A DNA stretch of 63,854 nucleotides, counting the filler, from Chiloscyllium plagiosum (Eukaryota), in the NCBI RefSeq assembly GCF_004010195.1. It is 4 parts of one record of this genome, joined end to end, with 100 filler letters (N's around TTAATTAATTAA, not from the genome) between each part and the next. Parts side by side here need not be neighbours in the genome. Positions count along the whole stretch, not along the records: positions 22,424 to 35,437 come from NC_057711.1; positions 35,538 to 60,008 come from NC_057711.1; 2 more parts are not named here. The stretch is one strand, 5' to 3'. Both the position numbers and the translations under genes were made by a program. Position 1 is the first letter of the stretch, and the number at the start of each line of letters is the position of its first letter. The notes under the pieces were generated by a model. That model saw only the letters and a list, made by a program, of their open reading frames with translations. It searched no databases and was not told the DNA's origin. Shown here in pieces: positions 23,675 to 36,940 of the stretch.

Positions 23675-25480
23675 GGGGAGGTGATGGCCTAGTGGAATTA
23701 TCACTAGACTGTTAATCCAGAGACTCAGATCGTGTTCTGGGTTTGAATCCCACCACAGCAGATGGTGGAATATGAGTTTGATTAATAAATTGGAATTAAG
23801 AGTCTAATAATAATCATGAATCAATTGTCAGTGAGGAAAAACCCATCCATCCTTACCTGTCCTATTAAAAGTGGATAAATCCCCAGGACCTGATCAGGTG
23901 TACCTGAGAACTCTGTGGGAAGCTAGAGAAGTGATTGCTGGGCCTCTTGCTGAGATATTTGTATCATCGATAGTCACAGGTGAGGTGCCGGAAGACTGGA
24001 GGTTGGCAAACGTGGTGCCACTGTTTAAGAAGGGCGGTAAAGACAAGCCAGGGAACTATAGGCCGGTGAGCCTGACCTCGGTGGTGGGCAAGTTGTTGGA
24101 GGGAATGCTGAGGGACAGGATGTACATATATTTGGAAAGGCAAGGACTGATTTGGGATAGTCAACATGGGTTTGTATATGGACAATCATGTCTCACAAAC
24201 TTGATTGAGTTTTTTGAAGAAGTAACAAAGAAGATTGATGAGGGCAGAGCAGTAAATGTGATCTATATGGACTTCAGTAAGGCATTTGACAAGGTTCCCC
24301 ATGGGAGACTGATTAGCAAGGTTAGTTCTCATAGAATACAGGGAGAACTAGCCATTTGGATACAGAACTGGCTCAAAGGTAGAAGACAGAGNNNNNNNNN
24401 NNNNNNNNNNNNNNNNNNNNNNNNNNNNNNNNNNNNNNNNNNNNNNNNNNNNNNNNNNNNNNNNNNNNNNNNNNNNNNNNNNNNNNNNNNNNNNNNNNNN
24501 NNNNNNNNNNNNNNNNNNNNNNNNNNNNNNNNNNNNNNNNNNNNNNNNNNNNNNNNNNNNNNNNNNNNNNNNNNNNNNNNNNNNNNNNNNNNNNNNNNNN
24601 NNNNNNNNNNNNNNNNNNNNNNNNNNNNNNNNNNNNNNNNNNNNNNNNNNNNNNNNNNNNNNNNNNNNNNNNNNNNNNNNNNNNNNNNNNNNNNNNNNNN
24701 NNNNNNNNNNNNNNNNNNNNNNNNNNNNNNNNNNNNNNNNNNNNNNNNNNNNNNNNNNNNNNNNNNNNNNNNNNNNNNNNNNNNNNNNNNNNNNNNNNNN
24801 NNNNNNNNNNNNNNNNNNNNNNNNNNNNNNNNNNNNNNNNNNNNNNNNNNNNNNNNNNNNNNNNNNNNNNNNNNNNNNNNNNNNNNNNNNNNNNNNNNNN
24901 NNNNNNNNNNNNNNNNNNNNNNNNNNNNNNNNNNNNNNNNNNNNNNNNNNNNNNNNNNNNNNNNNNNNNNNNNNNNNNNNNNNNNNNNNNNNNNNNNNNN
25001 NNNNNNNNNNNNNNNNNNNNNNNNNNNNNNNNNNNNNNNNNNNNNNNNNNNNNNNNNNNNNNNNNNNNNNNNNNNNNNNNNNNNNNNNNNNNNNNNNNNN
25101 NNNNNNNNNNNNNNNNNNNNNNNNNNNNNNNNNNNNNNNAGTGTGGTACGTGTATGGAATGAGCTGCCAGAGGAAGTGGTGAAGGCTGGTACAATTGCAA
25201 CATTTAAGAGGCATTTGGATGGGTATATGAATAGGAAGGATTTGGAGGGATATGGGCCAGGTGCTGGCAGGTGGGACTAGATTGGGTTGGGATATCTGGT
25301 CAGCATGGACAGGTTGGACCGAAGGGTCTGTTTCCATGCTGAACATCGCTATGACTCTATGACTCTATGTGACTCCAGACCCACAGCAATGTGGTTGACT
25401 CTCAACTACCTTCTGGGCAATTAGGGATGGGCAATAAATCTTGACCTAGCCAACGATGCCCTCATCCTGTAAATGAACAT
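23675..25480 (+). mobile_element. tRNA-derived SINE (second family) split by a CR1 insertion
   Basis: A box tggcctagtgg and B box gggtttgaatccc at 23685-23751; tail gactccagacccacagcaatgtgg...gggcaattagggatgggcaataaa resumes at about 25368. Confidence 0.75.
23862..25367 (+). mobile_element. Young CR1 LINE, 5'-truncated; RT frame open up to the N-gap
   Basis: DKSPGPD...PEDWRLANVVPLFKKG...NYRPVSLTS...SQHGF...YMDFSKAFDKVPH; (ctatgact)n tail. Confidence 0.95.
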
Positions 25481-27684
25481 GAAACAAGTTAACAAGATTA
25501 ATTAACTACTCTAGTACCCCCCTTTACACCTGCGCATGCACACACACACACGCACACGCACACACACACAACATGGATGCTGGGGGAAATAAGCACTACC
25601 GCTGTTTGGCAATAGTGTGGGGGTTGATAAAATAAAAATATAGTACCCCTCTTGTCCAATGGTAGCCTGATTTTCTCACTTCCTGTGAGTATACGTCCTC
25701 AGTGTTGTTGACTGTCTGGCACTGGCCCACCATTTTTGACCCATAGCTACACACCCGGTCAAGCATTGGCAAGTTCAAAGTTGCCCTTCACTGTCACAGC
25801 AACTGCAAACCGACACCACCCATGGCATACAGTGTTGGCACATCTCCTTGACCAGCCAACTGCGTGTACAATGTAGGACGATCGGGTACAGGGGAATGTT
25901 CAAATCATTCATTTTACTCACTGACGCCAGAATTGATCGGATAATTAGAGGCTGAATGTGCCTCTCAGGACTGGGTGCTGAGTCAGTGCCAACAGTTTTG
26001 GCAGTCAGTGAGTGGTCTGTACACCCAGCCCTCATTGACTGGGTCTGGCTGTCTGTTAAGTCCTGTCTGGCCCATTACAGCTGCACTCTGAAGGTGATGT
26101 GCCTCCTGCCCAGTAACTCTCACCCTTCCCTATAGACTCTCTCAGCACATCCCTTCCCTGCTTGCTCCTGTTGTAAAGAGCACAACATGGTAGGATGATG
26201 CATCGCATAAAATTAAGTCGTGCATCAGCAAACTCAGGGCAGTGAGAGGAAGAAACCTTTATCACACAGTGAGCCCGTCTGGAAAGATCTGGAACGCACT
26301 GCCTGCTAATGTGGTGGAGGCAGATTCAACTGAGGCATTCAGGAGGTCATTGGATGATTATTCGGATGGAAATGGTGCTCAAGGACATGGGGAAAAGGCA
26401 AGAGATTGGCACTGAGGGATAGAACTAGTGCAGCCATTATGGGCTGAATGGCCTCCTACTGCACCGTAATGATTCAATGAAATCCATTTTAACTGAATTA
26501 AAGTACATCGGCCTGTGTAGAAAACACTAGAACCAAACAAAAGCCCTCAAATGAACATAAATTGAATCGTTGTGAGTACTCCACCCGCTGCAGTGCCCAT
26601 CAGTCTAGAACATGGGAGTGGGCATAGCACATTGCTCACCAAGGCCAGCCGGGCACGGGGATGGTGGTATCCATAAAAGAGGAATGGAGCAGTTAGGCCC
26701 AGAGATCCCCGCGAACAGCCCCACCTCAGCCAGGAGCAGAACCACGAGGAGGGGCCCATGATTTACCACACCATCACCCCTGCACCCCCCAATACCTCAT
26801 CTTCAGCAGGTAAAAGGATGGTCTTTTAAAAGGACATGAAACCAAATTGGACCTGTTCCCCAGTCACCCACCCTGTGGCCCCAACGCCGACCCTGTGTGG
26901 GCCAGTGACTGGGTGCTGTGAGCTGGGTCGACACACGGTCTAAGTAGGAATCGAAGGTTCGTGTTGACTAATCCCTGGGCTCCTGACGACTGGAGGCAAA
27001 CCTTTAGTGATTTCCCATTCCTGGCGTGAAATCTGCCCCTTTCAAAAAATTTGTCCTGTTTACTCACCCCATCCCCATCCCCTTTCAGAAGGTGATTAAT
27101 GTTTGAATCAATACGTGAGCTTCAGACCTCAGATTCATCCACGGGATTTGTGAGCTCCCCCAACCCTGCCCCTCCCCCCTGTTCTTCACGTCTCTGGCTG
27201 CAGCACCATTCCTGTTTCTTCGATAACCCTTCACCCCCTCAGAACCCTAGGTATGGCCCCCCTGGCCTCCTAGCCTCCCCCAGCTTGTCCACCCTGACTG
27301 ACTGTAACCCAGCCCTGACCAATGGCAACTCTGCCCATGAATAACCTTGGAGCTGGCACTGACTGAAGAGCTGCCAACAACTGGACTGACTTTTTCTGCC
27401 CTTCAGGACTGACCCTGAGACCAATCTCTGGACTGAACAGATCCCTGAACACAAACTGGACCAATCGATGAGCCACCCCCTAGCCTATAGCTAGCCCAGG
27501 AGAAAGTGAAGGCTGTAGACGCTGGAGATCAGACTCAGGTTGGTAGGATGGGAGTGGGGGCGAGTGGGCGGTGTTTCAGTGATCTGTCTGTGGCTTCATT
27601 GAGAGTGTGGAGGCAGCTCCAGTAGGGGGGGGTGTGGGAGAGACTCAGGATTGGCCTGCTCATATCGGTCTCACTGGGGGGGAT

Positions 27685-27765
27685 TTCCTGACGAAGGGCT
27701 CCCGAAACGTTGATTCTCCTGTTCCTCAGATGCTGCCTGACCGGCTGTGCTTTTTCAGCGCCAAC
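27685..27765 (+). mobile_element. Short Penelope pLTR fragment with partial hammerhead motif
   Basis: ttcctgacgaagggctcccgaaacgttgattctcctg...gatgctgcctgacc. Confidence 0.75.
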
Positions 27766-28572
27766 CTCTCACCTCCAAATAAGCATCCCAACCAGACCAC
27801 CCAGTTACCTGCTCCCTGTAACCCTACATTTCCCTTGGTCAACCCACCTGGCCTGCACATCTTTGGATTTAGCCCAGCCAGTCAGTTTCTGTCGAGACTC
27901 TTGATTGGGCAAGAGATTAAATCAGAAGGGGAAGATAATTCAGGCGATTTGCATAATTAATGAGCTGTAAATGCGTGGACATGGGCCTCTCACTGTCTGA
28001 TGCTATCTCAGGAGGCAGGCTATCTTGATGGTGAGATTTCTGATTTTTGAGCAATTAAGTTATAACACCCATTCTCTCCTCCTCAGGGATTGGAAAATTG
28101 TGCCTTTACTCTCTCTGTGATGATGACCATAACACCTTTCATCAGTTATTGGAGAAACCAATCTGGCTCACTCATCTGCTATTTGGAGGGAAATCTCTCC
28201 CTCTCTCCCTCTCTCTCCTCAGGCTGTTCTCCACACCAATCTGCATGCCAAGCAATATGGTTGATACACATCAGCTCTGGGAAGTGGCAACTCAAGGACA
28301 ATTAGGGATGGGCAACAAATGCTGGGCGAGCCAATGATGCCCTCAATCAGTGCAAGATCAATGAAAATGCAGGGTAGGGTGGTTAATAATGAGGAGGCAG
28401 ATCCTGAATTCATCCGCAGAGAGACCATTCACTGAGTACTTGGTCAATCTCTGGAACAGGAGCGCCCCAGGAGATCTGGTGAGGAAAGGTCTATTCAAAT
28501 GTAAATTGAATAGACTTGTTTTAGGATATAACATTTCAAACACAGTCATTTAAGAAATGTAGTTAGAGCCAT

Positions 28573-28710
28573 AGATTAGATTAGATTAGATTACTTAGAT
28601 TACTTACAGTGTGGAAACAGGCCCTTCGGCCCAACAAGTCCACACCGACCCTCCGAAGAGCAACCCACCCAGACCCATTCCCCTACATTTCCCCTTCACC
28701 TAACACTAGA
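28573..28710 (-). mobile_element. HE1-type SINE, 3' part
   Basis: (tagat)n followed by cagtgtggaaacaggcccttcggcccaacaagtccacac. Confidence 0.85.
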
Positions 28711-29024
28711 CCTGGAAGGACCAGGTGATGAGCTGGGAGTTAGAGTGAGCATTAGGGGATTGACTCTGATGGCCTCTTGCCCCTGAGTGAACATCACAAG
28801 GACAATCAGTCAGTGACTGAGTGTGGAACTCTTCACTGACTTTTGTCTCTGATATTTTTCACCATGAACAACCCCTTTGATTTCACATTGTGCCTCCATG
28901 CCATCTGTTCCCCTCACTCTTCCTCCACCTCTGTCAAAAGTATAAGAGCCACCATTTCACAACCACTTTCATTTCTGAGGAACCGTCATACTGGACTCGA
29001 AAGGTTAACTCTGTCTCTCTGTCA

Positions 29025-29055
<31 letters not shown>

Positions 29056-29705
29056 CATGCTGCAGAATTTCTCCAGCTTTTCCTGTGTCTGTTTAATGTG
29101 CCTGTCTTTTCACATCCCCAACAGAAGTTAAGTAGCTTCAAATGGAAAAGCAAAAAGAAAATTCTTGAAACGACCATTCCACAGAGAGTCCTCCGATCTC
29201 CCTCAACAAAGCAAGCAATTTGGCCCTGAGTAATTCAGCAGACCATCTGAAGGCTGGAGACATTGCAGAGCTGAAACTGTGTCTGAAGTTGAAAAATCCT
29301 TCAATTTGCGATGCATGTCTTTATCAAGGTTTATCAGTGGAAAATTCAGCCAATTCCCTCGAGCCTCATCTGGATGTTAAGAGACGTTTGATGGGATAAA
29401 GGAAGGATCTCATTCATGGCTAAGCCAGCATTTTACACTTCCTAATGGAAACTTTATTTCGGAATCTCTCTCTGGCAGGAAGATTGCATCAACCCACTTT
29501 AATATGCAGGGAAATGTTTTGTGAATCGTTCTTGGAAATTCTTTGAGCATTGGTGAGACTCAAGAGGATTTTTGTGCGATAAGGAATTTAAAATGAACCA
29601 AAGCTAGCATTAAGTGAAGCTTATTGTCTTACTTTGCTCCTGCTGGTGGTCAAACTTTGAAACTGATATTCACAGACAAAATTATTTAATGGTTTGCCAT
29701 GATAA

Positions 29706-30016
29706 TTAGATTCGATTAGATTACTTACAGTGTGGAAACAGGCCCTTCGGCCCAACAAGTCCACACCGCCCCGCCGAAGCGCAACCCACCCATACATTTA
29801 CCCCTTACCTAACACTACGGGCAATTTAGCATGGCCAATTCACCTGACCTGCACATCTTTGGACTGTGGGAGGAAACCGGAGCACCCGGAGGAAACCCAC
29901 GTAGACACGGGGAGAACGTGCAAACTCCACACAGTCAGTCGCCCGAGGCGGGAATTGAACCCGGATCTCTGGCGCTGTGAGGCAGCAGTGCTAACCACTG
30001 TGCCACCGTGCCGCCC
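29706..30016 (-). mobile_element. HE1-type V-SINE, full length and young
   Basis: Reverse complement of tRNA head, V-domain and tail, with CpGs retained. Confidence 0.92.
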
Positions 30017-30032
30017 ATATAAAACTTGGTTA

Positions 30033-31430
30033 GAGACAAAAAAAAACCTGCAGATGCTGGAATCCAGAGTAGACAGGCAGGAGGCTGGAAGAACACAGCA
30101 AGCCAGGCAGCATCAGGAGAGGGAGAGGTCGGTATTTCAGGTGTAACCCTTCTTCAGGACTGGGGTGGGTGTGGGGGGAGCTGCAGGTAAAGGGGTTGGT
30201 GGGGACAGGGTGGTGAAATGGGGATAAGTGAACACAGGTAGAGGGTATGACCTGATTGGTCGATGAGAGGGATGAATCTGGTTGGTGGCAGAGAACAGTG
30301 GAAGGGAGGGGAGAGGCTTGGAAAGGGAGTCGGGGGATGGGTAGAGAGGTTATTTGAAATAGGAGAACTCAATGTCTAGATTAGAGTGGTGCTAGAAAAG
30401 CACAGCAGGTCAGGTAGAATCCGAGGAGCAGGAAAATTGACGTTTTTTTGGCTTTTGCCTGAAACGTCAATTTTCCTGCTCCTTCGATGATGCCTGACCT
30501 GCTGTGCTTTTCCAGCACCACTCTAATCTTGATTCTGATCTCCAGAATCTGCAGTCCTCACTTTCACCTTGGAGAACTCAATGTTGAGACCTCCGGGCTG
30601 GCGGCTGCCAGGCAGAAGGTGAGGTGTTGCTCCTCCATTTTGCACTGTGGTTCATTTTGGAGATGGAAGAGGCGAAGGATGGTCATGTTGGAAAGGGAGT
30701 GGAAATGTGAATTAAACTGGACAGTGACTGGGAGGTCCGGTCAGCCCCTGCGGGCCCGGCTGAGATGGTTGGCAAACCGTTCCCTAAGTTTATGTTTGGT
30801 CTCCCTGATGTAGAGAAGACCACATCAGGAGCACCTGAAGTTTACTAGGTTGGAAGAGAGGCAGGTGAACCTCAGTCTCCCCTGGGAGAACTGTTTGGGG
30901 CCCTGGATGGAGGTGAGGGAGGTGGTGGTGAGCTGGCAGGCTTTGCATCTTTTCTGGTTGCGGGGGATGGTACCTGGGGGTTGGTGGGGAGAGTGACACA
31001 AACTAAGGATTGTCGAAAGGAACGTTCTTAGCAGAAATCAGAGAGGGATGGGGAGGGGAAGATGTTCTTAGTGGTGGGGTCTAGGCAGAAGTGTTTAAGG
31101 ATCTTTTAGAGCAGTGGAACGGAAAATGGAGGTGGTGCGGTGGAGGGCTGTCTCAATGACAGAAGGATATAAGCACATTGTTGAAAATAGGTGGACATCT
31201 GGGATGCTCATGAGTGGAGTGTCTCCTTGTCCGAGTGCAGGCGGTGGAATTGGAAGAACGGGATGAAACTCTTGCAGGATACTGGGTGGGAGGAGGTGTA
31301 GTCCAAGTCGTTATGGGAGTCTGTGGGTTTGATAGTAAACGTCCGTCAGAGATGGAAATGGTGAGGTCAAGAAAGGGGGAGGGAGGTGTCTGAGATGGAC
31401 CAAATGAGTTTGAGGGCAGGGTGGAACTTG
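30033..31430 (-). mobile_element. Decayed Penelope-like element 3' portion (RT end, GIY-YIG, pLTR)
   Basis: PFLDLTISISDGRL; ...EEQHLTFCL C-terminal motif; pLTR with ctgaagaagggttacacctgaaa; same family as 58188-58672. Confidence 0.8.
30376..30570. mobile_element. Fold-back Penelope pLTR insert, 14-bp TSD
   Basis: TSD ggagaactcaatgt at 30362-30375 and 30571-30584; inverted arms of about 65 bp. Confidence 0.85.
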
Positions 31431-31571
31431 GATAAAATGTTTGCTTTTCAGACAGAAAGGGACATAGAGTCATCGTGTGGCATAGAAACAGACTCTTCAA
31501 TCCAACCAGCCCATGCCAACCAGCTCCCTTGCTGCTCATGGTGTTTTATCAATGACTAATTGGATTTAGGT

Positions 31572-31752
31572 CATCAGTTACCAGGTTATAGTCCAACAGG
31601 TTTGTTTGAAATCACAAGCTTTCGGAGCACTGCTCCTTCGTCAGGTGAAGTCCTGCTTGTGTTTTCAAATAAAGCTGTTGGACAATAACCTGGTGTCGTG
31701 TGACTTCTGACCTTACCCACCCCAGTCCAACACTGGCACCTCCACATCATGG
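31572..31752. mobile_element. Fold-back pLTR insert of a second Penelope family, 12-bp TSD
   Basis: TSD ttggatttaggt at 31560-31571 and 31753-31764; arms ccaggttatagtccaacag...cacaagc and gcttgtg...ctgttggacaataacctgg; homologous to 63490-63576. Confidence 0.85.
31612..31648 (-). ncRNA. Minimal hammerhead ribozyme motif
   Basis: UCAC-CUGACGA-A-GGAGC(AGU)GCUCC-GAAA-GCUU-GUGA: 4-bp stem I, 5-bp stem II, palindromic AAGCUU. Confidence 0.75.
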
Positions 31753-31919
31753 TTGGATTTAGGTGGAGTTGGTGTGTTTAACAAGATTGTGGTTGACCCT
31801 AAGGGATGAAGTTATCAATGGACTGATCATCCACAGGGAGGGCAGGGAGGTGGCAATCGGTTCCAAAGAATGGATCTTTGGCGGGTAAACAAGACAAAGA
31901 AATGCACAATGAAAGGCCG

Positions 31920-32290
31920 GATGCTGGGGAGCATTGCGTTGTATTCCTCAGAGGCTGAGGGGAGATCTGAAGGGACGTTTTCCAAATCATGAGAAGCCTA
32001 GACAGGGTAAACAGTGGGAAGATGTAGGTAGGTAGGGGGGGTAGGTAGGGGGAGTAGGTATAGGACAGAGGTTAGGGGTAGGATCTTTACTCAGCGAGTC
32101 GTGAGTTCATGGAATGCCCTGCCAGTAGCAGTGGTGGACTCTCCCTCATTATGGGCATTTAAGCGGGCATTGGATAGGCATATGGAGGATAGTGGGCTAG
32201 TGTAGGTTAGGTGGGCTTGGATCGGCGCAACATCGAGGGCCGAAGGACCTGTACTGCGCTGTATTCTTCTATGTTCTATGTTCTATGTTC
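31920..32290 (+). mobile_element. CR1 3' end, (ttctatg)n-tailed subfamily
   Basis: tttactcagcgagtcgtgagttcatggaatgccctgcc; tail ttctatgttctatgttctatg. Confidence 0.8.
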
Positions 32291-32859
32291 CCAGGCTTGG
32301 AAGGATTGTGAATGAAAGGGCACAGATTTACAGCAATTGGTAAAAGAAGCCAAACTGAGATTGGAGGAAACAACTTTTCATGAAGCAAGTGGTTAGGGTC
32401 TGGAATGCATTGTCTGAAACTGAGGTGAAGGCAGGTTCAGTCAAAGCATTTGAAAGGGAATTCAATGGTAACAGGGGGGCAAGACAGGACAATGACACTA
32501 GGTAAGATGTTAATGTGGAGAGCCAATACAGGCACGATGGGATGAATGGACTGGAAATTGTGGGGTTCGCAGACCAGAGGGGACTGATACAATACTCCTT
32601 GATGCTGACAGGCCAGAAACAGCAGGAGATTAAGGCATACAGCATCCTGCCATTAAGTGACTGTGGCGCAGGAGCTGGAAGGTCATAGTGGAACAATACA
32701 ATCCCCTTCCAACCCACTCACTATCCCGAGTTGAAAATATATCATCATTCCTTCAGTGTCGCTGTGTCAAAATCCTGGAATTCCTTCCTGAAAGGCATTA
32801 TGGTCAACCCACAGCACATGGACTGTGGCAGTTTAAGAAGGCAGTTAGGCAAGATTCAG

Positions 32860-34180
32860 GATGCACAGGCTGGGGAAGGAAATGGCAGGGGAAGGACACA
32901 ATTGAAATGTGGAGCTTCTTCAAGAAACAGCTACTGTGTGTCCTTGATTAATATGTACCTGTCAGGGAGGTAGGAAGTGGTCGAGTTCAGGCTTACCAAG
33001 GAAGGTGAAGCTGTTGTCAAGATGAAGAAGGCTTATGTTAGGATGAGATGTGAAGGCTCGTGAGGGTGCTTGAGAGTTACAGGTTAGCCTGGAAAGTTCT
33101 AAAGAGAGAGCTAAGAAGAGCCAGGAGGGGACATGAGATGTCATTGGCGGATAGGAGCAAGGAAAATCCTTTGGCTTTCTATAGGTATATCAGGAATAAA
33201 AGAATAACTAGAGAAAGATTAGGGCCCATCAAGGATAGCAAGGGAAAATTGTGCTTGGAGTTAGAGGAGGTAGGGAAGAGCTAAATGAATCAGTACTCGC
33301 ACTGGAAAAAGGTGGGATTGAGGTGCGCGACTGGACTAGATGGGATTGATGTGCATAAGGAGGAGATCTTAGCAATTCTAGAAAGTGTAAAAATAGATAA
33401 GTCCCCCGGGATGGATGGGATTGATCCTATGATTCTCTGAGAAGCCAGGGAGGAGATTGCCGAGCCTTTGGCCTTGATCTTTATGTCGTCATTGTCTACA
33501 GGATTGTACCAGAAGACTGTAAGATAGCAAATGTTGTCCCCTTGTTCAAGAGACAACCCTGGTAATTATGGACTGTGAGCCTTACTTTGGTTGTGGATAA
33601 AGTGTTGAAAAGGGTTAGAAGAGATAGGAATAAGTTGATTAGGGATAGTCAACACAGTTTTGTGAAGGGTAGGTTGTGCCTCACAAACCTTATAGAGAAG
33701 GTGACCAAACAGGTGGATGAGGGTGAAGCTGTTGATGTGGTGTACATGGATTTCAGTAAGGTGTTTGATAAGGTTCCCCACGGTAGGCTATTGCACAAAA
33801 TATGGAGGCATGGGATTGAGAATGATTTAGCAGTTTAGATCAGAAATTGGAGTACTGAAAGAAGACAGAGGGTGGTGATTGATGGGAAATATTCATCCTA
33901 AAGTTCAGTTACTAGTGGGGTACCGCAAGGATCTGTTTTGGGGCCACTGCTGTTTGTCATTTTTATAAATTACCTGGATGAGGGCATAGAAGGATGGGTT
34001 AGTAAATTTGTGGATGACACTAAAGTCGGTACAGTTGTGGATAGCGATGAAGGATATTGTTGGTTACAGGGGGACATAGATAAGCTGCAGATTTGGCTGA
34101 GAGGTGGTAAATGGAGTTTAATGCAGAAAAGTGTGAGGTGATTCACTTTGGGAGGAGTAACAGGAATGCAGAGTACTGAC
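32860..34180 (+). mobile_element. Decayed CR1 ORF2 internal fragment
   Basis: KENPLAFYRYIRNKR; DSQHSFVKGRLCLTNL...[29 protein letters not shown]...KFVDDTK. Confidence 0.9.
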
Positions 34181-35083
34181 AACAAATGCTGGACTTGCCA
34201 GCGACACCCACACCCCTGAAAATGAAAATAACAGACACAAGTTAGGTCAGAGTCAGTTCACTGTTGCCAACACTGTCCCATCACTACACTGCAAGAATGT
34301 TATGATCTTGTAAGGCTTTAAACCAGCTCTCCCACGTCTTTACCCCTTACTCTAAGTATCAATGACACAAAACATGGAAGCAGCCTTTACCTCCTGGGAA
34401 CTCCTTCCTGCACTCACAAGGCAATAGTATATCTTTGCAACACCAACTGTTCAGTGAGATCCCGTGTGAAGGAGACTGTTCCTGGTGGCTACTCTACTGA
34501 ATGAACTCTCTGCCTGATTTCCCGTGACCAATCCTATCACACATCCCTGGCTGGAGCATGTAGTGATGGCTTTGTCTACTGCAGATTCGTCCTCACCCTG
34601 CTCCCTTGATGCATCACACATCAGACCACTCAGCTGTTTTCTAAAATACATTCACGGTATGTGAGAATCATTTATTGCCATTCCATCATTATTCAGAGGG
34701 TGGTTAAGAGTGGCTCTGGTGCCATGTGTGGGTCAGGCCAGGTACAGACGGCAAATTTCACTCTTTAAAGGATTTTAGTGAACCGGATGAGTTTTTCCCA
34801 ACTATTGCCATTGGTTTCATGCTCACAGTTAGAATCTTAATTCTAGATCGTCTTCAGATTTCACTGTCTGTCATAATAGGATTTGAACACAGGTCCCAGG
34901 ATTGAGTTACAAAATCTTATCATACCCACCATGCAGGAGTCTCTTGCCTGTGGCAACTTTCCTATCCTGGGCAGAGAGTATTTCTTGGGATATCACCAAT
35001 GGATCTCATATCAGCTTCTCATTAATACAAGTAAAAAAACCCTCTCAGATCCTGAGATCAATGGCACTGTCCATTGTCTAGAC

Positions 35084-35437
35084 AGTGTGTATATGTGTGT
35101 GTATATCTGTCTATGTGTGTCTATGACTGCGTGTATGTTTGAGTGTGTATATGACTGTGTGTATCTGTCTGTGCCTGTGTGTGAGTGTGTTTTGTGTGTG
35201 TGTCTCTGCGTGTGTGTTTCTGTCTGTGTTCATTTCTGTGTCTGTGTCTGTGTGTATAACTGTGTGTATAACTGTGTGTATCTGTGTGTGTCTGTCTGTG
35301 TGTGTGCATATAACTGTGTGTATAACTGTGTGTATCTGTGTGTGTTTCTGTCTGTGTGTGTGTTTGTGTGAATGTGTGTGTGTCTGTGTGTATGTCTGTG
35401 TGCATTTGTGTGTGTGCATGTGTGTGGCTGTATATGT
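35084..35437 (+). repeat. Imperfect (TG)n-rich microsatellite
   Basis: tgtgtg/tgtctg/tataactgtgtg low-complexity run ending at a gap. Confidence 0.95.
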
Positions 35438-35537
35438 NNNNNNNNNNNNNNNNNNNNNNNNNNNNNNNNNNNNNNNNNNNNTTAATTAATTAANNNNNNN
35501 NNNNNNNNNNNNNNNNNNNNNNNNNNNNNNNNNNNNN

Positions 35538-36940
35538 TTGCTAAGATATCCCAGTCCCATGTTCTTAATCATGCCCTGAGTTCATCTGCCTTCCCTGTTA
35601 GGCCCCTTGCATTGAAATAAATGCAGTTTAATTTATTAGTCCTACCTTGTCCCTGCCTACTCTGACTGTTTGACTCGCTTCTGTTTTCAACTGTACTAGT
35701 CTCAGATCGATCCCTTTCCTCACTATCTCCCTGGGTCCCACCCCCCACCTTACTAGTTTAAATCCTCCCGAGCAGCTCTACAAATTTCCCTGCAGGTATA
35801 TTAGTCCCCTTCCAATTTAGATGATATCCGTCCTTCTTGTAGAGATCACTTCTATCCCAAAAGAGATTCCAATGGTCCAAAAATGAGGATCCTTTCCCCA
35901 TACACCAGCTCCTGAGCCATGCATTCATCTGCTCTATCCTCCTATTCCTGCCCTCACTAGCTCGTAGCACCGGGAGTAATCCAAATATTACTACCCTCGA
36001 GGACCTCCTTTCTAAATTTCTGCCTAACTCTCTGTAATCTCCCTTCAGAATCTCAACCTTTTCCCTTCCTATGTCATTGGTTCCAGTGTATACAATGACC
36101 TCTTGCTGGCCCCTCTCCCCCGTGAGAACATTCTGCACCCTCTCCGAGACATCCTTGATCCTGGCACCAGGGAAACAACACACCATTCTGATTATTTGCT
36201 GCTGGCCACAGAAATGTCTGTCTGTACCTCCGACTACAGAATCCCATAACACAATTGATCTCTTGGATCCCGACATACCCCACATTTCATTAGAGCCAGT
36301 CTCAATACCAGAAACTTGGCTGTTCATGCTATGTTCCCCTTAGAATCCATCACCCCCGACATTTTCCAAAACAGCATACTTGTTTGAAATGGGTATAGCC
36401 ACAGAAGGTTCCTGCACTAGCTGCCCACCTCTCTTACATTTCCTGGTGTTAACCCCTCTATGTGACTGTATTTGAGACTTTTCCCCCTTCCTATAGTTGC
36501 CATCCATCACACACTGTTGCTGTTGCAAATTCCTCATCGCTTCTAACTGTCTCTCCAACCGATCCATTCAATCCATTAAGATTCGCGACCAATAGCATTT
36601 ATTGCAGGTATAATCCGCAGTAACCCTTAAATTCTCTTTACACTCCCACATCTGACAATAAGAGCATATCACTCTATTAAAGGCCATTTTTGCTCCTTCA
36701 CAATCTCCAGATCCAGAAAATAACACTGTCTTATTCCTCTACAAAACACTGCCCCAGATTAAATTAATAGTTATGATTTATATTTTAGGTTTAATCAAGA
36801 GGCATATCTCCAAAAACATATAATCAAGAAAGAACCCACTCTACACACTACTGAAGACATTCTGTAGGTCACACTTAAAAACAATTCACTTATCTGCGTC
36901 TATGCTGTGAACTTCACCCAAACAGTTCCTCCAAGATCAG
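35538..36940 (-). mobile_element. CR1 5' region (5'UTR, ORF1 zinc finger/coiled coil/SGNH esterase, ORF2 start)
   Basis: DSVVGGTDR...VCCFPGARIKDV...VYTGTNDIG...LYKKDGYHLNWKGT; IPISNKYAVL. Confidence 0.9.

Noticed and set aside
34883..35489. Cys/Val- and His/Thr-rich ORFs
   Set aside because: Translations of the TG microsatellite.
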